Shown here: positions 28,337 to 37,928 of the stretch, in pieces
Numbering within the stretch: position 1 is the stretch's first letter
Layout: every line of letters begins with the position of its first letter
Source: Actinomycetes bacterium
GTDB taxonomy: Bacteria; Actinomycetota; Acidimicrobiia; Spongiisociales; ZC4RG35
NCBI GenBank assembly: GCA_003242515.2
Contig: QGUS02000001.1
Span: forward strand, 12,853 to 76,852
Length of the DNA stretch: 64,000 nt
Direction of reading: 5' to 3'
Notes under the pieces: generated by a model
What the model was told of the DNA's origin: nothing
Seen by the model: only the letters and a program-made list of their open reading frames with translations
Databases searched by the model: none
Position numbers and translations under genes: made by a program

Positions 28337-29149
28337 TCAGGTGCCGGTGTAGTCCGGCGGCCTCTTGGAGAAGAAGGCGTTCAGGGCCTCGGCCATGTCG
28401 TTGGAGACGAGCCGGGCCGAGTTCCACTGCGCCATGTACTCGAGCGCATCGGCCAGCGTCCGGCCCCGGTTGGACTGGATGATCCGCTTCACGCCCTCCA
28501 GGACCAGCGGGGAGTTGACGGCGATGCGGCCGGCGAGGTCCCGGGCGGCGGCGAGGGTCGCCTCCGGGCTCCCGTGCACCGAGGAGACGAGGCCGTTGCG
28601 GTGGGCCCACCCGGCGTCGTAGTCGTCGCCCGTGAATGCCATCTCGGCGGTGACGGCGTCTCCCACGATCGAGGGGAGGCGCTGCAGGACGCCGACGTCG
28701 GCGGTGAGGCCCATCTTCGTCTCCCGGATCGAGAAGATGGCGTCCCGGGACGCCACCCGCAGGTCGCAGGCGGTGATCAGGCTCATGCCCGCGCCCAGGC
28801 AGTACCCGTGGATGGCAGCGATGAAGGGGAGCGGCGACTCGGCGATCCGGTTGAAGGTCCCCTGGAGACGGAGCACCGCCTCGTGTATGGCCCTGGCGTT
28901 GGCGGCCGGGGAGGGGCCCTGTGGCGACAGGCTGGCCAGGAAGCCCACATCGATGCCGGCGGTGAACGCCGTGCCGCGGCCGGCGACGATGACCACGCGG
29001 GCCGACCTCTCCTCCTCGACCGCCTCGACCGCGGCGGGGAGGTCGGCCCACATGTCCTTGGACATGGCGTTGAGCTTGTCGGGCCGGTTGAGCCAGATGG
29101 TGGCGAGCGGCCCGTCGTGCTCGATCTCGATGTGGGCGAAAGAGGTCAC
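28337..29149 (-). CDS. Enoyl-CoA hydratase/isomerase family protein
   Basis: LNRPDKLNAM, AFTAGID, IAAIHGYCLGAG, ETKMGLTADVG. Confidence 0.93.
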   Translation of the reverse strand: MTSFAHIEIEHDGPLATIWLNRPDKLNAMSKDMWADLPAAVEAVEEERSARVVIVAGRGTAFTAGIDVGFLASLSPQGPSPAANARAIHEAVLRLQGTFNRIAESPLPFIAAIHGYCLGAGMSLITACDLRVASRDAIFSIRETKMGLTADVGVLQRLPSIVGDAVTAEMAFTGDDYDAGWAHRNGLVSSVHGSPEATLAAARDLAGRIAVNSPLVLEGVKRIIQSNRGRTLADALEYMAQWNSARLVSNDMAEALNAFFSKRPPDYTGT

Positions 29150-30345
29150 TGCTCGGCGTTCTTCCAGGCTTCCCGGAACTTGGTGCGGGTCCCAAACCGG
29201 AGCAGGGCGCCGGAGTAGATGCGGCCCGCCACCCGGATCAGGACGACCACCGCCACGATGGAGAGGACGACCGACAGGGCGAACTGCCAGGCCGGTATCG
29301 CCTCCATCACCACCCGGACCGGCACCACGAACGGTGCGGTGAGCGGGAACATCGTCCCCACCACGGCCAGCGTGCCGTCCGGGTCGTCCAGGGTCGCGAA
29401 CGCGATGATCAGCCCGGCGACGGCGAGCATCGACATGGGCATGGCCACGCCCTGGGCGTCCTCGGTGCGGGAGGCCAGGGAGCCGGCGGCGCCGAAGAGC
29501 ACGGCGAAGATGAGGAAGCCGAGGATGAACCAGAGGACCAGGTTCCCGATCGTCAGCGGATCGAGCGACGGGATGTCGATGCCCGTGTAGGCGATGCCGC
29601 CCAGGGCGATGAGGATGGTGATGACGAACTGGGCGAGGCCCAGCGCCCCGATGCCCAGCACCTTCCCGCCGAGCAGCTGCCAGGGGTGGACCGCGGAGAG
29701 GAGCACCTCGACCACGCGGCTCGACTTCTCCTCGGTGACTCCGGTGAGGATCCACGAGCCGTAGACCAGGACCGCCATGTAGAGCAGGAACATGCCGGCC
29801 TGGGCGACCAGGAACTTCTCGCCTCGGGCGTCCTCGCCGTCGCCTTGCGGGGTGGTCACCGTGAGCGGGTCCGAGGTCAGGGTCTCGATGACGACCGCCG
29901 CGACCTCGCCGTGCTCGGCGAGCACGTTCTCCAGCGCCCGGGCGGCCGCCGCCTGCTGGAGCAGGCCGCTGACGCCGGTGCTGCCGATCCCGATGTTGCG
30001 CAGGACCAGCTCGGTGTCCCCGACCAGGACGGCGTCGACCTCGTCGGCCTCCAGGGCGGCCACCGCCTCCTCGCGGGTGGCGTAGGTCTTCGTCTCGATC
30101 TCGACCTGGGGGTCGTCCCCGGGCTCGACGGTGGCGTTGCCGAGCCGTTCGGCGGCATCGGCGATCTCGGCGCCGCCGTCGCCGACCAGGCCGAGGGTGT
30201 AGCGGCTGGGCCCGCCCTCGATCAGCTGGGGCACGAGGACGACACCGACCACGAGGAGGATGGTGACGATGGTGGTGATCAGGAAGGTCTTGGAGCGGAG
30301 GCCCTCCTTGATCTCCCTGAGGGCCACGAGCCCGAGGGTCCTCAT
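29146..30345 (-). CDS. ABC-2 type transporter permease (NatB/YhaP-like)
   Basis: GVTEEKSSRVVEVLLS, LLGGKVLG; multiple TM helices. Confidence 0.9.
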   Translation of the reverse strand: MRTLGLVALREIKEGLRSKTFLITTIVTILLVVGVVLVPQLIEGGPSRYTLGLVGDGGAEIADAAERLGNATVEPGDDPQVEIETKTYATREEAVAALEADEVDAVLVGDTELVLRNIGIGSTGVSGLLQQAAAARALENVLAEHGEVAAVVIETLTSDPLTVTTPQGDGEDARGEKFLVAQAGMFLLYMAVLVYGSWILTGVTEEKSSRVVEVLLSAVHPWQLLGGKVLGIGALGLAQFVITILIALGGIAYTGIDIPSLDPLTIGNLVLWFILGFLIFAVLFGAAGSLASRTEDAQGVAMPMSMLAVAGLIIAFATLDDPDGTLAVVGTMFPLTAPFVVPVRVVMEAIPAWQFALSVVLSIVAVVVLIRVAGRIYSGALLRFGTRTKFREAWKNAEQ

Positions 30346-31229
30346 CGCACGGCCTCCCGGAACAGGTCGGAGAGTGACGGGGCGGTGTACGAGAAGCTGC
30401 GGAGCTGTCCCGACTCCTGCGCACGGGCGAGCACCGGCCGGATGTCGGTGGCCGCGTCGACGATCACCCGGTGGTGTCCGTTGGTGCTGGAGATCTCCCG
30501 CACCCCCTCGAGGGAGGCGGCGAGGTCGTTCATGTCGCCGTCGAAGTCGATCTCGAGACGGCGGTACGGGGCCCTCATCTTCAGCTCCTTGACGTCGCCT
30601 TCCACGACGACGCGGCCCTGGTTGATGATGGCCACCTCCTCGCAGAGGTCCTCGACCAGGTCGAGCTGGTGGGAGCTGAAGACGACGGCCCGGCCCTCAC
30701 GGGCGGCGTCCCTGAGGATCTGGGACATGGTGTCGACGGCGATCGGGTCGAGGCCGCTGAAAGGCTCGTCGAGGAGCATCACCTCGGGGTCGTGGACGAG
30801 GGCCGCGGCCAGCTGGACTCGCTGCTGGTTGCCATGGGAGAGCGCCTGGATCGGATCGGCGGCCCGCTCGGTCAGGCCGAGTCGCTCCAGCCAGTGGTCG
30901 GCGCGACGGCCGGCCCCGGCCGACGAAAGGCCATGGAGGCGGCCGATGTAGACCAGCATGTCCTTGATCCGCATCTTGGGGTAGAGGCCGCGTTGCTCGG
31001 GCATGTACCCGAAGCGCATGGCGGTCTCCTTGTCGACCGGCTTCCCGTTCCAGAGGACCCGACCGGAGTCAGGGCGGAGGAGCCCGAACACGGCCCGCAT
31101 CGCGGTGGTCTTCCCGGCCCCGTTCGGCCCCAGGAACCCGAGCATCTTGCCGGGCTTCACCTGGAAGCTGCAGCCGTCCAGGGCGTGGATGCCACCGAAC
31201 GACTTGCGAAGATCTTCGAATACGAGCAT
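30342..31229 (-). CDS. ABC transporter ATP-binding protein
   Basis: GPNGAGKTT, LSHGNQQR, LLDEPFSGLD, SSH. Confidence 0.95.
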   Translation of the reverse strand: MLVFEDLRKSFGGIHALDGCSFQVKPGKMLGFLGPNGAGKTTAMRAVFGLLRPDSGRVLWNGKPVDKETAMRFGYMPEQRGLYPKMRIKDMLVYIGRLHGLSSAGAGRRADHWLERLGLTERAADPIQALSHGNQQRVQLAAALVHDPEVMLLDEPFSGLDPIAVDTMSQILRDAAREGRAVVFSSHQLDLVEDLCEEVAIINQGRVVVEGDVKELKMRAPYRRLEIDFDGDMNDLAASLEGVREISSTNGHHRVIVDAATDIRPVLARAQESGQLRSFSYTAPSLSDLFREAVR

Positions 31230-31483
31230 CTGCGTTCGGGCAGGGTAACGGGGAGTGCATCCCAAGGGCGCAGAGATGGACCGCGAGGGGGGCGGCAGGG
31301 TGGCGGACCCGTCGGCGATTAGCGGCGGACAGGGACGCAGTCCACCTGTAAGTGAAGGTGCAGACCACGGTCACGCCCGGACCGGCGGCCGGCGTGGTGC
31401 CGTCTCAGGTGTTGGCGTTGTTCGCCGGTTCACCGGCGCAGCTTCAAACTGACCTGACTCCTGTCCGGTGGGCTGGTGGCGGT

Positions 31484-31775
31484 TCAATAGTTCTTGTGGT
31501 TGATGAATCCGTGTTCCCGGGCGATGGCGTCGATACGGATGCAGTCTCCCGGCTTCAACGTCTCCGGGTTCGTGTCCTCAACCGAGTTGCACCACTTGGC
31601 GGCGGGGATCTGAACGGTGATCGTCCCCCACGGAGCCCCCGTCTCCCGGTTCGACACCTTCATGACGATGGTGCCGCCGAGTGGTGGTCGGCGCTAGGGC
31701 AGTGGTTGTCGGATCCGCCTGGCTGGAGCAGGCGGGGGTGAACAGTGCGACGGCGAAGACAAGGGCTCTCTTCAT
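31484..31775 (-). pseudogene. Frameshifted or internally deleted lipoprotein gene
   Basis: MKRALVFAVALFTPAC-SSQADPTTT (lipobox-like), then coding-like LGGTIVMKVSNRETGAPWGTITVQIPAAKWCNS...HGFINHKNY* in another frame; total span 292 nt. Confidence 0.55.
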
Positions 31776-31918
31776 GTACCAGAATGGTTCCCCAGCTCGA
31801 GGGTGCCGGCAGTCAACCACGGTTTCGATACGCCTCGCATCGGTTCAGGTTCATCGGCTCCTGCGAGGCAAAAGTTGAGCCTCTCACCGGAGTCTTCCTC
31901 GGAGGGTTCTCGAGCAGG

Positions 31919-32920
31919 TCAGTCCAGCAGCGTCGGACGGAACAGGCGGTCGTGGGCCCGCAGGGCGAAGCGGTCGGTCATGCCCGCCACGTAGTCGATC
32001 GCGCGGGTGAGCGGGTCGGCCTCCGGGACGCTGTAGCTGTCCGGCACCTCGTCCGGGTGGTCGGCGTAGTAGCGGACCAGGTCCTGGATGATCAGGATCG
32101 CCTTCTGCTTCTGTGCCTCCGACTCGGGCCGCAGGTACACCCGCTCAAACATGAAGTCCCGGAGTTCCTGCATCACCTCGAGGTCCTCCGGCCTCATGCT
32201 CACCCGGCCGGTCTCGTAGGAGTGCTCGATCACCGAGTTGACCATCGACCCGATCCACTCCCGGGCGGTGGCGCCGAAGGTGGTCAGGGCGAGCACCGGG
32301 AGGTCGTGGTACTCGATCACACCGGCCCGGAGCGCGTCCGAGACGTCGTGGGTCAGGTAGGCGATCCGGTCGGCGAACCGGCACACCCAGCCCTCCGGGG
32401 TGTTGGGCGGCGGGTCGATCTTCCAGGAGTGCGCCCGCACGCCGTCCAGCACCTCCCAGGTGAGGTTGAGCGGTTCCAGCAGCGACAGGGTCCGCACTCC
32501 GTGGGCGGAGTGGAGCCACTCGCCCTCGACGAACGGCGTCAGGGCGTCCTCGCCCGTGTGTCCGAAGGGGGAGTGGCCGACGTCGTGGGCGAGGCAGATC
32601 GCCTCCGTGAGGTCCTCGTTGAGCCCGAGCGCCCGGGCGATGGCCCTCCCCACCTGGGTCACCTGGATGGTGTGGGTCATCCGGGTCACGAAGTGGTCGC
32701 CGTCGGGGTTGAGGAAGACCTGGGTCTTGTGCTTCAGCCGGCGGAACGCCTTGGAGTGGATGATCCGGTCCCGGTCCCGCTCGAAGGCGGTGCGGAACTC
32801 GTCGGGCTCCTCCTCCTCGGCGCGGCCACGGGTCCGGTGGGCCTTGGTGGCCAGAGGTGCGAGCAGCTCGTGCTCGAGACGTTCGCGTTCTTCCCGGGTC
32901 CTACGAGCGAGAGAGGACAT
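31919..32920 (-). CDS. dgt: Deoxyguanosinetriphosphate triphosphohydrolase-like HD protein
   Basis: RTAFERDRDRIIHSKAFRRLKHKTQVF, TRMTH, AHDVGHSPFGHTGE, DYVAGMTD. Confidence 0.92.
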   Translation of the reverse strand: MSSLARRTREERERLEHELLAPLATKAHRTRGRAEEEEPDEFRTAFERDRDRIIHSKAFRRLKHKTQVFLNPDGDHFVTRMTHTIQVTQVGRAIARALGLNEDLTEAICLAHDVGHSPFGHTGEDALTPFVEGEWLHSAHGVRTLSLLEPLNLTWEVLDGVRAHSWKIDPPPNTPEGWVCRFADRIAYLTHDVSDALRAGVIEYHDLPVLALTTFGATAREWIGSMVNSVIEHSYETGRVSMRPEDLEVMQELRDFMFERVYLRPESEAQKQKAILIIQDLVRYYADHPDEVPDSYSVPEADPLTRAIDYVAGMTDRFALRAHDRLFRPTLLD

Positions 32921-33866
32921 TTTCAGGGGGAGTCTGGAGCATCACCAGGATGAAGACCAACACGGCCGCCCCGGCGATGGCCAGCAGCATCATCCCGATC
33001 CGCTGCAGTGTGCCCGCCGACCGGAACACGGCCACGGGGCCGGGCTCCCGGCGTCCCGTGATGATGCGGCGGCGGAGCCGGGCCGAGATCAGGTCGATGC
33101 TGAGCACCACGATGATCGTGAGGATGAGGACGGTGGCGACCCGGGGCCAGTTGCGGAACTGCATCTGCTGCACCAGCTCGAGGCCGATGCCGCCGGCGCC
33201 GATGGCGCCCAGGACAGCCGAGGCCCGGATGTTCACCTCGAACCGGTACAGCCAGTAGGCGACGATCACCGGCATCACCTGGGGGAGTGCCCCGAAGCGG
33301 ATCTGGGCCAGCTTCCCGCCGCCGACGCTGGCCATCGCCTCCACGGGGCCCTGATCGATCCCCTCGATGGCCTCGGCGGTGAGCTTGCCCAGCGTGCCGA
33401 TCGAGTGGATGCCGATGGCGAGGACCGCGGTCAGCGGGCCCAGGCCGGTGATGGGGATAAGGACCATCGCCAACAGCAGCTCGGGCACCGCCCGGATGAG
33501 GATGAACAGGCCCTGGATCGGCCCGCTCACCCAGCGCTTGGCGATGTTCCGGGCCCCGGTCACGGCGAGGACAAGCGAGATGACCGCGGCGATCAGGGTC
33601 CCTATCCATGCGATGAACAGCGACTCCATCACCTTGGGCATGGAGCGCTGGATGACCTCGGGCGAGACCTCCGGCGGGATCATCAGGCGGACGAGGCGCC
33701 ACACCTCGCCGGGAGCCGACGCGATGCGTTCCCAGGTGATGCTGAGCCCCATGGCGCTGAGGACGGCGGGGATCAGGATCACCAGGGTGATCCCCCACCG
33801 GAACAGCTTCGGGCCGACCGGCTCCTTGGGGCGGGTCTGCACCGTCTCCTCGGTGACGGTCGTCAC
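32901..33866 (-). CDS. phnE: Phosphonate/phosphate-ester ABC transporter permease
   Basis: RAVPEL, GTLGKLTAEAIE, YRFEVNIRASAVLGAIGAGGIG. Confidence 0.92.
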   Translation of the reverse strand: MTTVTEETVQTRPKEPVGPKLFRWGITLVILIPAVLSAMGLSITWERIASAPGEVWRLVRLMIPPEVSPEVIQRSMPKVMESLFIAWIGTLIAAVISLVLAVTGARNIAKRWVSGPIQGLFILIRAVPELLLAMVLIPITGLGPLTAVLAIGIHSIGTLGKLTAEAIEGIDQGPVEAMASVGGGKLAQIRFGALPQVMPVIVAYWLYRFEVNIRASAVLGAIGAGGIGLELVQQMQFRNWPRVATVLILTIIVVLSIDLISARLRRRIITGRREPGPVAVFRSAGTLQRIGMMLLAIAGAAVLVFILVMLQTPPENVLSRS

Positions 33867-35242
33867 GTCAGCCTCCTCCGCAGCCACACGCTGATGCGCT
33901 CCAGGATGAACACGATGATCGTGACCACGATGACGATCGCCACGATCCGGTCGTACTGGTAGAAGGCCCGCTGCGCCTCGAGGACGCGGCCGATGCCGCC
34001 CGCTCCGACCAGTCCGATGATGGCCGACGCCCTCAGGTTGAGCTCGAAGACGTAGAGGGCGTACGCCACGTAGGCGGGCAGGACCTGGGGGAGGACGGCG
34101 GCACGAACCGCCGGGAAGTGGCGGGCCCCGGTGGCCCGGGCCGCCTCCAGGGGACCGGGCTTGGCGTCGTCGACCGTCTCGGAGAACAGCTTGGCCATGA
34201 TCGCCAGGGAGAAGGCGATCATGGCGAGGGTGCCGGCGAAGGCGTTGGTGCCGACGGCTCCGACGAAGATCACCGCCCAGAACAGGTCCGGCATGGTGCG
34301 GATCAGGTTGAGGAAGCCCTTGGCGATCAGGTAGGTGGGCTTGTTGGGGGCGGTCAGGGTGGAGGCCAGGAAGCCGAGGGGGAGGGCGATTCCGCAGCCG
34401 ATCACCGACGAGACGATGGCGATGCGGATGGTCTCCATGAGCGGGTTGGGGAGCTGCGGAGCGCCGAATTCCCAGGAGGGTGGCCACCACCAGGTCCCGG
34501 TCTCGCCGATCACCCAATCCCACTCGGGCGGCCAGAAGCCGGAGAGGTCGATGTTGGAGAAGTTCCCGACGATGAGGCCGACGTCGAACCCGGTGGCGAA
34601 TGCGGAGAATGCGGTGAAGAGGACGACGGAGGCCGAGATGGCCAGCGCCGGGAGACGGGTCAGTGCCGCGTACAGGGCGGCGATGCCCACTCCGAGGACG
34701 AAGACCCCGGCGGCGGCGTAGTCGCCGGCTCCGAACACCGGCTCGGCCCCGCGGCGCAGCGACGACAGCGGCCGGAGGACTCCTACGGTCTCGGCGGCGG
34801 GCAGGGCGAAGGCGCCGGCGAGCAGCCAGGCGAAGGCGCTGTTGAGCCCCACCGTCGGTGTGGCGCCCCTGCGGGAGATGACGGCCCAGGACGCCACGGC
34901 GGCGGGGATCCAGGCCCCGGCAAAGCGCAGCGAGGTCGCGACGTCGACGTCCTCGGGGACCTCGGGCATCATCAGGTAGGCGAGCACGCCGGAGGCGACG
35001 AGGCCCACGGCGAGGACGACCCGGTCCGTGGTCCCGAGCTGCACCTTTCCGAGCCAGAGCCCGACGAGCACGCCCGCGGCGACGAGCGCACCCCATCCGA
35101 TGCCGAGGGTTGGCAGCGTGAGCAGGGCCCCGGCCACCCCGATCGCGACGGCGACCAGGTATGGCAGCGCCATCGACCAGGCGCGTCGCGGCGCCTCGGG
35201 CCTCACTTGGGGGATGGGGGAGGTCAGGGCCTCCGTCGTCAC
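33863..35242 (-). CDS. phnE: Phosphonate/phosphate-ester ABC permease with extra N-terminal TM domain
   Basis: RTMPDL, AKLFSETVD, FELNLRASAIIGLVGAGGIG; about 200-aa hydrophobic N-terminal extension. Confidence 0.9.
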   Translation of the reverse strand: MTTEALTSPIPQVRPEAPRRAWSMALPYLVAVAIGVAGALLTLPTLGIGWGALVAAGVLVGLWLGKVQLGTTDRVVLAVGLVASGVLAYLMMPEVPEDVDVATSLRFAGAWIPAAVASWAVISRRGATPTVGLNSAFAWLLAGAFALPAAETVGVLRPLSSLRRGAEPVFGAGDYAAAGVFVLGVGIAALYAALTRLPALAISASVVLFTAFSAFATGFDVGLIVGNFSNIDLSGFWPPEWDWVIGETGTWWWPPSWEFGAPQLPNPLMETIRIAIVSSVIGCGIALPLGFLASTLTAPNKPTYLIAKGFLNLIRTMPDLFWAVIFVGAVGTNAFAGTLAMIAFSLAIMAKLFSETVDDAKPGPLEAARATGARHFPAVRAAVLPQVLPAYVAYALYVFELNLRASAIIGLVGAGGIGRVLEAQRAFYQYDRIVAIVIVVTIIVFILERISVWLRRRLT

Positions 35243-36012
35243 AGCTGGGCGCCCTCGAGGAGGTCGTCGGGGGTGACGGAGCGGCCGTAGATGCCCCGGA
35301 AGGTCTCCTCGTCGACGTCGGCGATGTCGCCGTCGTAGACGAGCTCACCGTTGCGGAGGCCGATGAGCCGCTTCCCGTAGGTACGGGCCAGATCGAGGAA
35401 GTGGAGGTTGATGATCGTGGTGATCCCCAGCTCCCGGTTGATGCGGTGGAGGTCCCTCATCACCATGTGTGAGGTCACCGGGTCGAGGGAGGCCACCGGC
35501 TCGTCCGCGAGCAGGACCCTGGGCTCCTGGGCGAGGGCCCGGGCAATGCCGACACGCTGCTGCTGGCCGCCGGAGAGGTCGCTGGCCCGCACATAGGCCT
35601 TCTCCACGATGCCGACCCGCTCCAGGGCCTGGAGGGCGATCTCCCTGTCGTCCTCGGGCCAGAGGCCGAGCATGGCCCGGGTGAACCCCACGTTGGCGAG
35701 CCGGCCCATGAGGACGTTGTTGAGCACCGTGGTGCGGTTCACGAGGTTGAAGGTCTGATAGATCATCCCGACCCTGGCGCGCAGGGCCCGTAGCTCCCTC
35801 TGGGAGGCGTCACGGACTTCGACGCCGTCGACCTTCACTGAACCGGAGGTGATCGGTACGAAGCCGTTGATGGCCCGGAGGAAGGTCGACTTCCCCGCGC
35901 CGGAGAGGCCCACGATCACGACTAGCTCCCCGTCGGGGATGGTGACCGTCACGTTCTTCAGGGCCTTGTAGCCGTTGGGGTACGTGACGTCGACGTTGGT
36001 GAATTCGATCAT
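35239..36012 (-). CDS. phnC: Phosphonate ABC transporter ATP-binding protein
   Basis: GLSGAGKST, LSGGQQQRVGIARAL, ADEPVASLDP, INLH. Confidence 0.94.
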   Translation of the reverse strand: MIEFTNVDVTYPNGYKALKNVTVTIPDGELVVIVGLSGAGKSTFLRAINGFVPITSGSVKVDGVEVRDASQRELRALRARVGMIYQTFNLVNRTTVLNNVLMGRLANVGFTRAMLGLWPEDDREIALQALERVGIVEKAYVRASDLSGGQQQRVGIARALAQEPRVLLADEPVASLDPVTSHMVMRDLHRINRELGITTIINLHFLDLARTYGKRLIGLRNGELVYDGDIADVDEETFRGIYGRSVTPDDLLEGAQL

Positions 36013-36114
36013 CCGATGGTCCTGGTCCGTCCGGCCCGCTCGGCGGCGAGCCTAGCGCGAGTGTGGGGCCGACCCCCGGCCGACCCCACACTTCGTTCAC
36101 TGCGTCGTATCGGC

Positions 36115-37236
36115 TCAGCCGCCGAAGCCGAGCTCGTCGATGGCCCGCTCGATCAGGGTGAAGGAGCGCTTGGTCGACTCGTCGGCACGGGTGAGGGCCG
36201 TCCAGCTGTAGATGCTGTCCATCACGGCCACACCGTCCTCGGTGGACATGAAGTCCTCGAGGGCCTGGAAGATGGCGTCCTTCAGGCTGTCGGGCAGGTT
36301 GGCGTCGACCGCGATCACGTCGTTGGCGATCTCGGCGGTGATGTTGAACACGATCACCTTCTCGCCGACGTCCGGGTACTCGGCGCGGACGTTGCGACGG
36401 GCGTCGTCGAAGGAGACGCCGAAGTCGGCCTCACCGTTGTAGACGGCCAGCACGGCGTTGTCGTGGCTGCCGGCGTAGAAGAACTCGTAGTCGGTGCCTT
36501 CGCTCAGGCCGGCGGCACGCAGCTCGAGGACCGGGAAGATGTACCCGGAGGTCGAGGTCTCGGTGCCGAAGGCCATCCTGCCGCCCTTCACGACGCTGAC
36601 GTCGACGGGCTCGGGGCAGACGAGGCCGGCGGAGACACCTTCCTCACGGGAGCCGTCGGCGTTCCAACCGACCTGGAGGGCGGGACCCTCACCCGGCGCC
36701 ACGTAGATCACGTTGCCGTCGGCGTCGGCGATGTACTGGCCCTCGACCGGCTCCACGCCCTCACCACAGACCGACGGGTCGTTGGTGAAGTACTGGGCGT
36801 GGTAGGTGGCCGAGTCGAACCGGACCGACTGCGCCAGCAGCTCGATGTTCGGGAACTGCCGCGACGCGAGCACGTAGTTCGCCGGGGCGAGCGCGCCGAT
36901 CTGGACCTGGCCGTTGCCGAGAGCGGCGCCGAGCGCCGTGTAGTCGGCGCTGACGATGCCCTCGACGTCGATGCCGAGCGCATCCGACAGGATCTCCGCC
37001 AGGACCTCGACGTTGTCCTGCAGCTCCTCGGCCTCGCGGGACGGGACGAAGCCGAAGATGATCTTCTCCGGCCAGTCGGCCCGCGGGTCGGCTGCAGTGG
37101 TCGTGGTCTGCTCGGGCGCCTCGGCGGTGGTCGTGGTGCCCCCGGCCGTCGTGGTGGTGGAACCGCCGTTCCCGCCACACGCCGCTACCAGGAGCGCCAG
37201 CACTGCCAGCAGCGCCAGTGCTGATCTCTTCATCAT
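36115..37236 (-). CDS. phnD: PhnD/PtxB family substrate-binding lipoprotein
   Basis: Lipobox LVAAC, Thr-rich linker, FGFVPS, STSGYIFP, GSHDNAVLAV. Confidence 0.9.
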   Translation of the reverse strand: MMKRSALALLAVLALLVAACGGNGGSTTTTAGGTTTTAEAPEQTTTTAADPRADWPEKIIFGFVPSREAEELQDNVEVLAEILSDALGIDVEGIVSADYTALGAALGNGQVQIGALAPANYVLASRQFPNIELLAQSVRFDSATYHAQYFTNDPSVCGEGVEPVEGQYIADADGNVIYVAPGEGPALQVGWNADGSREEGVSAGLVCPEPVDVSVVKGGRMAFGTETSTSGYIFPVLELRAAGLSEGTDYEFFYAGSHDNAVLAVYNGEADFGVSFDDARRNVRAEYPDVGEKVIVFNITAEIANDVIAVDANLPDSLKDAIFQALEDFMSTEDGVAVMDSIYSWTALTRADESTKRSFTLIERAIDELGFGG

Positions 37237-37315
37237 CTCTCCTCGCGATGTTCGTGACTCCACCCGCTCCCCGACCGCGGCCGGGTTCGGGAGGCCGACG
37301 GCGAGCGTAACAAGA

Positions 37316-37873
37316 TCAGGAATGGCGCGACAGCCGGGAAACGACGTCGCGAAATTCCTCGAAGTCGTGCACGTCGACGGCCCCGGGGACGGGGTCGTTC
37401 CAGGGGCGCACATAGCGGCACACGGTGCGGTCCGGGCGGTGCCGGACGATCTCGGGGACCATGTGGGGCCCGTCGTCGAGGTAGACGTCACAGTCGACGG
37501 CCCACTTCTGGTCGATGATGTGGACCTCCCTGGCGGGGATGCCCACCCGCTTCACCCACTCCCTGGTGTCCTGGATGGCGTAGCTGGGCTTCTGGGTGAG
37601 GACCACGATCTCGTGCCCCTCGTCGTCCAGCTCCACCAGGGCCTCCACGGCGCCCGGGAACGGGTCGAGGTGCCAGAACAGCGAGTGGCCGTCGAGGTCG
37701 GCGGCCCACCGCCAGAACTCCGACATGTCCTTGAAGTGGGTGAGTTCGACGATGTCGTTCCACCGCCGGGAGTCCGTCTCCACGAGGTTGGTGCCGAACT
37801 GGTGGTTGTAGAACCGCATCCAGCCGGCGGTGAAGTTGGCGACGACTCCGTCGAGGTCTATTCCGAGGCGCAT
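37316..37873 (-). CDS. 5'(3')-deoxyribonucleotidase-like HAD hydrolase (NT5C family)
   Basis: GIDLDGVVANF, PFPGAVEAL, KWAVDCDVYLDD, PWN. Confidence 0.85.
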   Translation of the reverse strand: MRLGIDLDGVVANFTAGWMRFYNHQFGTNLVETDSRRWNDIVELTHFKDMSEFWRWAADLDGHSLFWHLDPFPGAVEALVELDDEGHEIVVLTQKPSYAIQDTREWVKRVGIPAREVHIIDQKWAVDCDVYLDDGPHMVPEIVRHRPDRTVCRYVRPWNDPVPGAVDVHDFEEFRDVVSRLSRHS

Positions 37874-37928
37874 CGGGAGGGCAAGGTAATAGGGAGGAGG
37901 CCCGTACCTCGTATCCCCGCCGCCGGGC

